Shown piece after piece: positions 42,631-55,859 of a stretch of DNA of 64,000 bases (position 1 is its first letter; each line of letters starts with the position of its first letter). Location: positions 79,055-143,054 of the forward strand of contig MQRK01248900.1 in the NCBI GenBank assembly GCA_001938485.1. The letters run 5' to 3'. The notes below the pieces were generated by a model that was not told the origin of the DNA, searched no databases, and saw only the letters and a program-made list of their open reading frames with translations. The position numbers were made by a program, and so were the translations under genes. The DNA is from Girardia tigrina (Eukaryota).

Positions 42631-45600
42631 GTATACTATAAATATATTTTGTTAAGTTAATTACACCAATTCAACTTGTATTTCAAATAATAACAATTAT
42701 ATTTAAAATTCTTAAATTGTATTTTAAATAATAACAATTGTATTTTAAATTTGTAAATTGTATTTCAAAAGTGTAGACATGTAATACAAATGAAACGAAT
42801 AAATAGTTCAAGTAATTCTAGATAATGAAATGTTTTTTTTTTAATTGAAATATTGATAATAAATAAAACGTTAAACTCTTTTTGTTAATTTGGTTTAAAA
42901 AATTTTGCTGATTTTATATTTATTTTACGTTGAATTTTATCAAATAATATAATACTAATCTATAAAATTAATGGAAAAAATTTCAATTTCTAAAATCTCG
43001 TTTTTAATAAATAGCTTATCAGTATTTATAATTCAGTATTTTTATTTCAAAAGAAAACGAAAGTTCCTCAAGAAAAATTGTTTAAATAAATGTTATTTGT
43101 GTTATTAATAAAAATTTTGTGTTAACGAATGATAATCTTGATCAAGAACGCAACATATATATGACTAAATGAATTGTAAAATGCTAAAATTTACCAAATT
43201 AAGCTTGTATTCAACATTTCTAATTCCCTGTCGTCATTCAGAATAGGACTTTTAAAAATTATTAAGAATTATTCAATTGTTTTATGTGAACAATTTGTTG
43301 ATTTTTTGAATAATTATTTTTTTGCTTTAATGATATTTTGAATGTACTTTTAAATTGAGAATGTTAAAATAGTAATTCGAAAAAACCTTCTGGTGTAGGA
43401 GGTGTACGGTCTTGAAATTCGAGGGTCTATGCCCTCTATGTTGCTAATTAGGAAAATGAAAATAAACTAACTATTTACTTATTTTTTTATTAATTCTTGA
43501 ATATTTGATAAAATAATTATGTGTATGCTTATGTCCTAATTATTTCTTATATTCATAATTATACGTAATTTGTAAATGAATATGGCACTAGTTAATCTAC
43601 TGCAAACGAAACATGAATTAATTCCTTCTGAGTCTACAGATAAAATAAATGCTGCAGCCGAGAAGATGTGATGTTTGAGGGACATTTTTGACACTGAGTT
43701 GCGAATTGCAAGAAAGAAAACTTTTACTTGGAAGAAAAATAGTAATGTAAAATCTCTCCCTGACATTAAAATAAAAAAGATTTTTTTATTTAAATTCAAA
43801 AATTATTTGCTATTTATCAGGGTGAACAAAAAGATTAAATTTGGATGTATTGAGCACTAAATGTTATACTAAATTCATCAAGATATTAAACTAAAAGTAT
43901 CCGCTTGATGAATTCGGAAAAAGAAATAGTTTCCAAAATTCAAAGAGAGTAGCAAAAATCTAGAAAATATCTCAAAAGGCTAAATGCAATAGAATTTAGG
44001 AACAAATTCTATTTAATATTCAATTGAAATGATGAGACCATTAGATTTCGGGGAATCGTAAGAAGGGAGAAAATTGGCATTCGTCCTCAGTGATCCACCC
44101 CGGGGTTCACCGTTACCATGGAAACGGTTGCGATTGCCATAGTAATAGTCGTGGTAACAATAGCAACCGTCGCGATCACCTTGGAAACGCTTCTGGTTGG
44201 TTCCCGGGTCCCTAGCAACGGTTCCGGTTCACTTGATAACGATTCCGATTGCTTCTCGGTACTTTGGTAACGGTTCCCATCACCTAACAAACCAATCAAA
44301 TCACTCGAAAATCTTGACAATCGTCACCGTGACCCTAAAAATCATCTCAACAGCCAATAAAATCATGTTGACAGACATCGGAAACACCTTAGAAACCATC
44401 ATTGTTACCTTAAAACCATGAAAATCACCTGAAAAATCATCGAAAACATATAAAAAAATTACACAGAAAAGTGCACTGTGCTCATCAACACTTGCACATG
44501 TGCTAATCAATACTTCACATGTGCAAGTGTGCAAATTAAAAACCCTCAAATTTACCATATCAGCAATCAAAATCAGTAAAAAAAAGTGCACAGATTGACA
44601 ATGGTGAATTAGCTTCCGAACTTCTTGCCGCACGCAATCTTCCTCGATCTGTCTTGCCTATTGATATTTGTCTTGTTTGATTTCCTAAAGTCCAACAAAT
44701 ACTTTAAATTGCTTATTAGTTTCAAAATGAATGAAATTCTTCACAAACCTGTAGCCTTCTAATACCCTTGACACCGTTACACGGCTAATTCAAATTTTAT
44801 CAGAAAGTTAAGTGGAAATCCATACAGACAAAATATTTCTAAAGTGTATATCATCAGTTAGTACCTCTCAAATTGTTGTTCTTTTCTATTTCTAAATTAT
44901 CTTTAAGTTCTCTAATATTCACATTGCAATTGTCTGCTACCATTCCATTTTCTGCTTTAACTGCCTGGTCTTCTACCTCCAATTTCTCATAATTAAGTTG
45001 GATTTTCTGAAATTCATTGTACCAACGACGCATATTGAAATGCTCTGTATAACCTAACATTAAAATTTGAAATTATCTGTAAGAATATTAATGAATTTTA
45101 ACTTGTCGCACAGTTGATATACTGGTTCGTCCTTGTCAATAATTATTCAGATTTATTCATGTACCAAACGAGTATATTCATGCAGATTTGTATCATGATG
45201 TTATATACATTGTCTCACTACATATGTTTACTCGGTACGATTAGAAAATGCCATTCTCATGGAAGCTATTCTCAAAAATTTCTTCACACACAAAATATTT
45301 AAGGTGATTATAATTAAAAATCATTTGAGTGTGAGTTTGATAGTGACTTTGACAGGATGTTGCAAAAATCAAATAAATCAAGTATCGTGTAGCTAAGAAA
45401 ACTAGACTTTGAAGTCCTTAATATTTTTCTCTTTGTCTAGACATTGGCTCATCAGATTATCATCAGTCGTTATCAATAAATTGCCAACAAAATAAGTGAC
45501 TTAAGTTTATTTTTCGGTAAAAGTCAAGCGATTTTCGATTGATGTTATCCCTTTGCGGATAGATAATGACTGAGAGTAGTGAACAATGTTGGAGGATATG

Positions 45601-45684
45601 TGATTGATTGATGTTTAAAACTTTTAAATAAATTTCATCTAAATTTTTGTGTATGGGTCCTGATCAAATCCTTCTAGTGATATA

Positions 45685-46935
45685 TTAGGTTGGTCGAAAA
45701 ATAATGGCGGTTTTGGTACACAAACTTCAAAGACGTGCAAATTCACAGAAACAAAAGTTTATTAATCAAAGTATGAACCGTTGGCATCAATACATTTTTG
45801 NNNNNNNNNNNNNNNNNNNNNNNNNNNNNNNNNNNNNNNNNNNNNNNNNNNNNNNNNNNNNNNNNNNNNNNNNNNNNNNNNNNNNNNNNNNNNNNNNNNN
45901 NNNNNNNNNNNNNNNNNNGAAAAAGTAGAAGTCCGTTGGCGAGAGGTCTGGTGAATATGGTGGATGAAGCAGGGTTTCATAGCCCAACTCATTAAGCTTT
46001 TGAAGAGTCACTTTTGAAATATGAAGTCTAGCGTTATTATGAATAAGGATGGGACTTTTTCGATTGACCAATCCCGGACAAAGGGTTTTCAATTTTTTAT
46101 GCATTTCATCAATTTCATGACAGTACCTCTTCGCTGTGATTGTTTCACCTGGATTCAAGAAACNNNNNNNNNNNNNNNNNNNNNNNNNNNNNNNNNNNNN
46201 NNNNNNNNNNNNNNNNNNNNNNNNNNNNNNNNNNNNNNNNNNNNNNNNNNNNNNNNNNNNNNNNNNNNNNNNNNNNNNNNNNNNNNNNNNNNNNNNNNNN
46301 NNNNNNNNNNNNNNNNNNNNNTGGATCGTTTTTATTGCGGAGATGATTGGCAGAACAAATTTCATAGCGTCGGTTCTTTTGATTTTCATTCAAATCATGT
46401 GGAACCCATTTATCAAGTTTCTTGATTTTTCCAAGTTGTTGTAAATGATCCAGGACTATTGAATGACTAATACCCAACCCATCTGCAAGTTCTCTGATTG
46501 TTGTACGGGGATATGTTTCCACCATTGTCCTCAAATTGTCGTTGTTCACAGCAACTGAACGACCACGACCTTCTTCATCTTCAAGGTTTTCATCTCCACC
46601 AGAAAATTTTCGGAACCATCGTTCCATTGTGCGCTCAGAAGCTGTTCCCTTGCCAAACGCTTTATTGATATTGCGAGCCGTTTCTGCTGCTTTACGACCC
46701 AGTTTAAATTCGTACAAGAAAATTGCTCGAATTTTAATTTTTTCCATTATTAATTTAGCACCGTAAATATTCAAAAAAATAACAGCAATATGTTAATAAT
46801 GGCTATAGGAATATACAACTAGGCATAAGATTTCAAATAATATCTAACACTAATGCATTTAAACTTATATACATATCAAAGTAGATAAACAAAGTATAAA
46901 GCTCAAAAACCGCCATTATTTTTCCACCAACCTAA
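45685..46935 (-). mobile_element. Full-length mariner, cecropia/Hsmar1-like
   Basis: About 30-bp TIRs with TA TSD. KIRAIFLYEFKLGRKAAETARNIN, WVPHDL, YSPDLSPTDFYF. No stops in the readable parts; two N gaps. Confidence 0.95.
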
Positions 46936-47639
46936 TATAAATGAAGAGATGAACTTAAGATAACAGCTATAAATTTTAAAACTTTTGTCGTCAAAACCAA
47001 TTATAAATTAAAAGGACAAAAAGAATGTAATTATTTTAATACAAACTATTTTAGTAGCAAAATGACTCGAATTTGAAGTAAATAGAATTAGTAGAATAAA
47101 CCAAATATGTATTTTATTATTTTTGTTAAAGAGACCATTTGTGATCATCTTATGATCAAGGAATATGAACCGTTTGTTATCCTCGTTTTTTACCATAATT
47201 GACATAATTTTTATCATTTTAATTATAATTCTCAGAAATGTCGCTTGAGCATCGATTAAAATTATAATATAATCTTGTCTGTCTGAGTTGTTGTTTGCTT
47301 GAAGATTACGGAGTTCTTACTCACAATCTTCAGGGTTAACTTAGGAAACGGAAATAGACAAGTCATTTTTTGTATCAAGCTTAAATATCATATTCCAATT
47401 AAATGAAAATTATGAGTTTTGCGAATGCTCAAAGATTTATGAAAATAATTTAAGTTTGATCTACTTCGATGTTAATATTAATAATGAACCACTAGGAAAA
47501 TATTTTTGACAAAATGTTTCCATTTTTTGAGAAATTTAGAGTTTTTTTGTTTTCTGTGTTATTATTTGAGGAAAAATATTTACTTTAACTCAACTTCCTT
47601 CATGATTTTTTTGCCTTATTCTATTGTAGCCAGGAAACT

Positions 47640-49378
47640 TGTATCTCAAGAAATACTTCAATAATATATCTTTTTTCTCAATGGACAAAGGTACCCGGTC
47701 GGACCTCAATTCGCGTGACTGTAAGTCGTACCACGATTTTAAGGGGGTCATTAAAATTCGGTTCCCTTGACACCACTAGATAGGGAGATTGTTTTTATTT
47801 CTGTATATACATATTATTTCTAATCTCTTAGACTTCATCGTCCGACGAGTAATCTTCGTCGGAGATAAAGTCATCTTCCTCTGCATCGATGTGCCTCACT
47901 TCATACGAGAATGTTTTAAACAGCTCGTTTAGTACATCCGGATCAAAGTTCTTTATTGCCTCCCTGGGCTTCTTTATATTGTCATTTGTGTCCAAGTTTA
48001 GTATAGAGTCATACGACTTGAATCTTTCTACAGCTCAATCGGGTTTACTTTGTCGATTTTTTGGCGCCCATCATCTCTGTAATAGAAGATTATTTTGATA
48101 GAAGAGTACTTGATGTTCAAGACTGAACCTGTAATCGCAATGGTACGAATTTTGTTTTTATGGGATAAGCAAACTGCTCAGGATTCTAGTTCTGTTCTTT
48201 TTCCAAATTCCGAAACAACCCACCTGGAGGGTTTTGAGCAGCACTGTTTTATCCGACATGGCTTTTTGACAAGCATCTACCAATGACTTGTAGTGATCGA
48301 AGTTCCTTGGGTTGCTGTCTACCATGTTATCTTTCGTATCATATGGACACTTTACATGGATTAGATGTAAAGTGGCTTTGCCCAGCACTATTATTTGTAT
48401 GTACACTCGCTCTCGTGACGCAGCATAAGCACATTCAGTATATATGTGTATCACACAGTCATGAAACTGAGTGATTTCTTCCGCAAAAAAGTGCAGGATT
48501 GCATTGTGCCTATAGTTCCAAAACTCTGAACTGTAATCACATTTAGTCAATACATGTGTTAGAGTTTCTTACCAATTCCATTCTTACCAATTCCAGAACG
48601 GAAGTTGATGGGCAATGTATACGTCATTGGTCTGTGGTAGAATTAACACTTGCTGTAATTAAAACTAACCCCATAAATAACATCATGGAAACTTATAGTG
48701 GAGAGGAGACTCCTCCAAAATCATTCAGAGCTGTTTTGCTTTATCCATTTGTGTGTCCAGGATTTCTCTGTGAGTCTCATCAAAAGACACACTTTCTTTC
48801 ATATTCAATGTGAGCAACAAGTTTTCATATGTATTATCCCGGATGATAACGGTCTCAACTCTGGTCATTCTTCTTTCCAACACCAGACTCTTTTGTAGGG
48901 GAGACATATTTCTTTTTCAATTTGCACCTGACTCACGCGGATTTAGAGCAGTTAAAACATCTCTTGTAGATGAATAACTTTATGCTCGCTCACCAGCTCT
49001 TCATATGGCGAGACTGAGTATCTCTATTGAGCGAAGCAATATCTGACTCAATAGATACAAGATTGTATTATTGAAACTTTTTATCGCTAGATCCCCATTG
49101 TAACCAAACCAAAACCGCATCTGTTGTCACACTGTCAAGACATGAAATCATCTGGAAACAGTTTTACGATGACTGTATCCAACTCGTCCAAGATGGACTT
49201 CAATCCAACACCACCATAATTTTTGGAGTGTACAATTATGAATTGGATGCGTTCTTTGATAGTCCTAGGACTTTCTTGTGAAACATTCTGACAGTCCTGT
49301 CAATACTACACAGAGTCTCATACAACGTCTTGTAGGGAATGAAGAACACCCTGAACAAGAAGATCAACTTTGTGGGAA
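47640..49378 (-). mobile_element. NeSL/R2-like non-LTR retrotransposon 3' part (RT thumb, CCHC knuckle, RLE)
   Basis: YGGVGLK, C...WNYRHNAILH and IHVKCPYD remnants typical of restriction-like-endonuclease elements. Confidence 0.75.
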
Positions 49379-49379
49379 G

Positions 49380-49499
49380 TTAGGGTTTATGGTTAGCGTT
49401 AGGATTTAAGTTTAGGGTTCGTGGTTTTTGGTTTTGGTTATGGTTAAGTTTAGGGTTATGGTTAGGTTAGTGTTAGTGTATAGATTAAGGTTTAGGTTA
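49380..49499 (+). repeat. Degenerate (TTAGGG)n-like tract
   Basis: ttagggtttatggttagcgttaggatttaagtttagggtt...ttagggttatggttaggttagtgttag. Confidence 0.75.
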
Positions 49500-50008
49500 A
49501 TTTTTTTAATAATTGACTTTTAATCATTATCTTCCTTCCTTTGCCGAAAGACGCCGGGAAGTCGACGAAATCGATCGAAAACCGTGCTGGTCGAATGATT
49601 GTTAAATCAACACCGAATTCGAATTATCCCTTATAACACATAATTTCGAATTAACATATTAATTCAATTGAAAAATGACGATTTCTATCACTAATTTACT
49701 AATTATATTGCTAAAAATCAATTTAGTGTAAATCTTGGAGTTTCTTCCATGGAAACAAGATTGACTCTGTAATCAATCTGATCTCTCTTGAAAATTTTCT
49801 CCAGTTGCGCCTTTCTGATGTTCACCGAGAAGCGTCCTCTCAAATAAAATATTAATTTACTAGCTCAAAATTCTAGGACACCTCTCACGTATATCTCTAC
49901 TTTTCACTTTTATGTTTAAATATATTGTTATAATTATTATAAATTTCAAAAATTACAAAAAAATGTCGATTTTTATAATGATTATTATTAAAATTTTATA
50001 AATTTTAG

Positions 50009-50208
50009 CTCTAATGCATGCTGCTGTTTTCGGAAACGTTACTGCTATTATTCAAAGAATGTATTCAAGAAAAACAGCTTACCAAACGAAGAATCAAGAA
50101 CTAAAAGACTTTACCAGAGTCCACCATATTCCGAAACCATTAAAAAGACGAATGTTAGAGTTTTTTCAGACCACCTGGTCCATAAATCGAGGAATTGATC
50201 CTCGAGAA
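50009..50208 (+). CDS. Elk: KCNH Elk-type channel exon (S6, C-linker)
   Basis: tttAG|CT completes GCT. Translates [22 protein letters not shown]...[11 protein letters not shown], an Elk-type S6. Donor |GTAAGG, phase 0. Confidence 0.95.
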
Positions 50209-50460
50209 GTAAGGATTAAAAAATAAAAAAGAATAAATTCCAAAATTTATTGCCTTAAAAATTTAATTAGAATTTATAAATATTTTTATTTTTTATTTTA
50301 TTTATAACACTTTATTTTATTTTACTAATATATTTTCTTTTACAATACAAATTTACTTCGAAAATTTTAATAAAATTTTATATATTTTTAATTATTTGCT
50401 AATACTTCTTTGTTGATATAATTGAAATATCATTTAATTAAAGCTTGTTTTAAAACATAA

Positions 50461-52680
50461 TCATTGTACAAGTCTATGTGGTTGCCCAAATATATTGATC
50501 TTTATTTCTTCTTTTAGAAGATATAGGTGTTCAATAAATTTGGCAATCATCTTCATTCTTCCCAGTGTCTTCGTCTCAATGACATCAGTAGTTGGGTCTA
50601 AAACTGATATTTCTAACAGTATTAAATCAACTATGTACAATATCCACCTGTTGTTATCCACCATTGCAGGTTATAAGATCATTTCTTTATCAGCAAAGTT
50701 GGGCAGGCTGACATGTTTCCTAATGAAGTCTACGTTGCATCTGCTGATGGCAGTTGCAAGACACGGTCTCAGAGTTATTCGCCTAGGACTCAACGTACCA
50801 GTGTTTATGAATACCGCAAAATGTTCCTCAGTAAATGTCAAGTATTCGATTCGGCTGTTATCTGATGGTGTTGCACCTCCGTCTATCAGCTTCGGTATTG
50901 TTACTTTTTCAGTCATCATTGAAACAAATTCTCTGATCTTCCTAATTCTCAACTTCATATCTACAACTGTTTCCCCACTGCACATGCAGCTCGCATACAT
51001 GCATACAAATGGTCGACAGTCGTAATCATTATCCTGGTACAAGTTTGGATCTTCTCGGCTAGCTTCATTGTTCTACCCTTAATACTACCACTTGGTATCG
51101 GATCTATAACGAAGCTCACTTTTTCCTGTAATAAAACTCCGAATAACACACAGTGTTTGTTATCAACATTGAATGGGCAGAATAGGGTATTACAACCTTC
51201 CAGCAGGGACTTTTCAGTGACACTTGAGATTTCTCTGACTCTAATTCTGCTATTCAGCATTACATTGGCATCCACCGGTCTTGTGTATTTCTCGTATATC
51301 ATATCCACATCATTCTGAAAATAAAAGTCAATGTATTCACTAGTGAACAACATTTTCTTATATATTCAAAGCGATCCATCACAACTGGAAGATCCATTGT
51401 GAGAGAGCGATTCAAGGGTGAGTCGTAATTGCTGGGTGGGTTGTCCATCCCTTTGTCCATTGAAGAGATGGACCCATCCCATCAGAGGTGTTTCACACTT
51501 GTCTCTGTTGACAGTTTCTTCATTGGTTTACCAGATTTGGTAACTATCGTAAAACCATCATCATCTTTCACCTCTTCCATTTTTCTCGGTACTGTCTTCT
51601 TTATTTCTTTTCCATCAAGATCCATTTTACTATGTGATGTTTTCGGGTAGGTGTTTCCTTTCTCCTGTGTTGTTTTATGGACCGGTTTGATGGTAGCCGC
51701 CTGTTGAGGTGTCTTCGCTTTCGTGTCAACTGTAGCCAGCGTTTTAGTTAGCTTGCTATTGTCATTAGTTTTGGTTCTGGATCGCGTTGACCTCAGTGTT
51801 ATTTCTATTCATTTCTTATCTTCTCTTGATTGTGTTAGAGTGGTTAGGGAATCACACAGATCTATGGTGGATTGTGTATTGATCTGCGAGAATGGTGTCC
51901 CTTTTCCGGGTTCCATGACATCAAAGGAAGGAGATGATATGCTTCAATTGTTGATATTGAAACGTCTCGGGAAGTTGAGTCCAGTTGATTGGTCTTGACG
52001 GTGTTGTTTTCAGCATTTCAACTGTCTCAGCAATGTCCCCTGGAGTGCTCATTTCTACTATCTCTTTCTCTTCTAGGTTGTTCTTTTCAGCAGAAGATTT
52101 ACGCAACTCCTTTTTGTTGATGTACTAAGTTGTTGCCATTTCCTGGTTCCATTACATCAAAAGATGACGAAGGAAGCACTTCTGTCGTTGGGACTTTTTT
52201 CTTCTTGTGAGGGTGTTTCACGAGACGAAGTTTGTCTACTTTTCTCCTTTATAAGGATGGTTTCCGCGTTTTCTTGCTCCCAAACCTCTTATGTTGTATC
52301 TTCTCGTTCACAATTTCGTTCATTCTTATTACTTGTTCTTGTTATCATATTCTGGTATATTAATTAACATATTAATTCAATTGATAAATGACGATTTCTA
52401 TCATTTATTTACTAATTATATTGCTAAAAATCAATTTAGTATAAAGTTGCAAAATTTCGTTATCATCTGAATCACGGTTTGTCAGTCAAGCTCAAATTTT
52501 ACTATGATCATATATTTGCTGATAAAATGTGAAATAGTGGCGAAGCAGGGAGTGAATCAGCAGTTCAGGTTAATCTGCATAGCCCGCATCGAGACGGTTC
52601 TGTCTGTGCAAGCGCCTTTGCCGAAAGCCGGCTTAATTAACTGACTGTTAAATCAAGACAAAATTTGAAACAATAAATAG
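50461..52680 (-). mobile_element. NeSL-like retrotransposon 5' part encoding a Ulp1/C48 cysteine protease
   Basis: FCPFNVDNKHCVL...VIDP...QDNDYDCRPFVCMYA retains the His-Asp-Gln-Cys motifs, with a frameshift. Its upstream block (52363-52445) is shared with 49650-49732. Confidence 0.75.
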
Positions 52681-53357
52681 TAAATTATAACAATTACGAT
52701 TTAAAAATTAAAGCAGAAACTTTCAAAGTCGAAAATGCAGTTCACCCGTCATATATGACGGGCCTTTTTCATGTTTTTTAAAAATGTAACAAAAAGTATA
52801 ATTTAATATTTTAATATTTTTAATTTAATATTTTATAATTTTAGCCTTTGTTTTAATTTTATTCAAACAACTTATAATATTTGATTATAAAATAAGGATA
52901 CATCGAAAGATAATCATATAATCATATTTTCTAAAATTTTTCATTAAATTATTTATCAATAATCTTCTACATGATTATATACATAGTACCACTCAATTTA
53001 ATCCGTCAGTACTTTCTTTTTTACTGTTTCCAAAATACACTAAACTAACTTTTCGTTAAATTTGACGCGTAACTGACCTAAAAATTGAGTAAATTTTGCA
53101 AAAAAATATGTGAGAATAATAAAATTTTAAATATTTATGTAAGATTTTCAAAATTTTGGTCGATCGAATTAATCCACCATTATGACAAAAGAATAAAATT
53201 TATCATATCATTAAAAATTTAATTATATATAATTTCAAGATTGTTCAAAAAAAATAATAAAAACTTCAATAAGATAGGATTTAAAAAGACAAACCATCGT
53301 GTAGTATGGTGATAGTTTTGCATCTATACAAACTTGAATTAGTCGAGGTATACCCTC

Positions 53358-53909
53358 TGTGAGGAATATTTTAAATTTGGTATGTTGAAATTGGTTTGTT
53401 GAATTTTGTATGTTGAGTTTAGTATTTGGAAATGTGTTTCTCCCACCCAGATGGAAAATTGATATTTTGGATCTTCACGATTAATAATTATTCGAGTATA
53501 ATTTATATAATTTATATTTTAAAGTACAACATAAGATATTTAAAAACATTAAAAATATTAAATCTTTTCAAATCTTCATATTAAAATTTAAANNNNNNNN
53601 NNNNNNNNNNNNNNNNNNNNNNNNNNNNNNNNNNNNNNNNNNNNNNNNNNNNNNNNNNNNNNNNNNNNNNNAAATAAAATTAATATGTAAATAAAAATTA
53701 ATACTAAAACTACAAAATCTGAATTTTAAAAATAAAATCAGAAAATAATGAAAAAATTGTTCGAATAATTGTTTATTAACAAACATTAACAAAAAATTAT
53801 CAATTTAGAACGATGTCGAATGACGAGATTTTCGCTGAGAGTTGTCCAAAAGACAATTCTGACTGTATTGAAAATAAAAGTTTGAAAACCCATGTTGGTG
53901 TTCTTAATA
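53358..53909 (+). repeat. Dispersed repeat family B (MITE-like, internal tatgttga repeats)
   Basis: Inverted copy at 62671-63189. Confidence 0.75.
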
Positions 53910-54248
53910 CCCTCAATGCGATCTTAGCAAGCAGTCTTATTGCTTCAAATGTATTTGATTGTATTTATGAGTTATTGACCATGGTCCAAACTGCTCTATT
54001 GGAGCAATATATATTTCTTAATGGTGGCCTTTTAAGACAATAATGTTCTAGCTTTCTAGAAATCAAATAACTCAATTTGATTTATCACAAAGAGATGTAT
54101 CCAGCGGAAGAGTATCAATTCTAAGTTGAATGAAATTTGTTAATCAAGTATCATAAATTATTTTGAAGGGTATTATTGTAGTTTTCTGTAGTTATAGTCA
54201 CACACTATTGTTTCTAATGTTGCAAAAGAGTCTGAGACCATTATTCTC

Positions 54249-54392
54249 TGAGTTATTCGCCTATGACTCAACGTAAAAGTTTTTATGAATACCACAAAAT
54301 GTTCCTCAGTAAATGTCAAGTATTCGAGTCGGCTGTTATCTGATGGTGTTGCACCTCCGTCTATCAGCTTCGGTATTTATACTTCTTCAGTT
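54249..54392 (-). mobile_element. Fragment of the NeSL-like element
   Basis: Near copy of about 50770-50910. Confidence 0.75.
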
Positions 54393-55859
54393 ACTTCTAC
54401 TGAACTATATGATTCGAAAATTTTTTACCAAATGATTCGGTGCAGATTGCCTATTTGGAATACTATGACTTTAAAGTACCTTTTCCGCACCTAAAACTAC
54501 AAAAAAGTAATTCTTAACAAAATAAAATCAAGGAAGAGTGGAATACCTCGAGTCGAGAAAATCAATAAATTTTGTTTGAAAATTCCTCATGGCAAAGATT
54601 TAACTAAATAAACCATAATTAATAAGAAATCGAAAAATGTATTTGATTCGAAAATATACCGAAAATTCATGCGGTTTTCAAAACAAATTACTAAATAATC
54701 ATTTATGCAGTAAATCTGTTAATTGATTCGTGTATTGTCATCGGAAAATTGAAAGTAGGTGAAACATTGATTGACAAATTTATGGAACATTTGTATGTGT
54801 ACATAGGGAAAGAGTCAATTAAGAGCATGATAATGATTTTTGGGCCGTTTTCGTGAAACCAAATTCGTGTTAAAAGATTAATAAATGTATAAATACAAAT
54901 TTTCGATGTTATTTTGATGTTTTTTAACTTTTCATCTGGAAATCGATTTGTATTATATTTTAAAATAAAGTTTTACAGCATAATTTATTTGTTATTTAAA
55001 CTTGATCTAAATAAATATTTAGTGATTTATCCAAATTATGTTAAACTTTCCAACAATTTTCTGAAAATTCAGCCTATACAATTGTATAATTAACATGTTG
55101 TTTATATATTTGATATAAATAAGTTAATACTTGAATCCTGAATAAGTAAACACGAAAACAAAATGATCAATCACTTTTTGTATCTCGCTAATTATGTTTC
55201 ATATATTTCCTTGTTCGTGAGTCGTGACTTTGCCGATAAGTATCCAATTATTACATAGGATGTTTGGCTTTCCATAATAATTAATGTCTTTAATGTCTCA
55301 TTTTTATAAATCTGTATTTATGAGGTTTCAACCATAAGAATTTATTTTAAAGCTCCATCTGAAAGCATAGGAAAATATAAAGTAACTGTTATTAAATCGG
55401 ATAATAATCTATGCAGAAGAATTCTTACGAGGATGTTTATGCTTATTTTAACTCAAACTTGATTTGAACTATTATTGAAATACTGTAATTATATATTATA
55501 TAGAAGTACGACATCTGAACTCCTAAACCACTTAGGTTTTTGAATAGTGATAAATAAAAAAATCGGTCCTATATTGTTTTGTTATATTGTAAATATTTTG
55601 GTACATCCCTATGCCATATCATTAGAATACCTATTCTTAGAGTTGTGATAATTAAAATCACTGATGGAGGAAATGTGACCGGATAAAAAAGAAAACACGC
55701 TACGTAACATTACATCGTTGTCCTACTATCAATAAAATCTTTAATTATATTTATAATTATGCTTCACAGTTTTCTTTCCCCACCAGAATACCTATAACAT
55801 GCATTGAAAACAAGAATAAACGGAAAATTATTCAACAAAGATAAGAGCACTTACATATT

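Larger units (their letters stand above)
40637..43692. repeat. Pair of ~150-bp inverted repeats (40637-40790, 43540-43692) enclosing nested fragments
   Basis: gcagtagattaactagtgccat...tttacaaattacgtataattatga is present in both orientations. Confidence 0.65.

Noticed and set aside
44110-44420. CRISPR-like array
   Set aside because: Eukaryotic context, degenerate contiguous units, and no unique spacers.
44825-44865. Minus-strand CTGATGA...GAAAT hammerhead candidate
   Set aside because: No convincing stem II or stem I. The same applies to CTGATGA hits near 20665, 22411, 36974, 45450 and 57350.
45801-46321. Frameshifts in the mariner transposase
   Set aside because: The frame changes fall inside N gaps of estimated length.
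50495-51025. 176-aa + strand ORF
   Set aside because: It is the antisense shadow of the minus-strand retrotransposon ORF.
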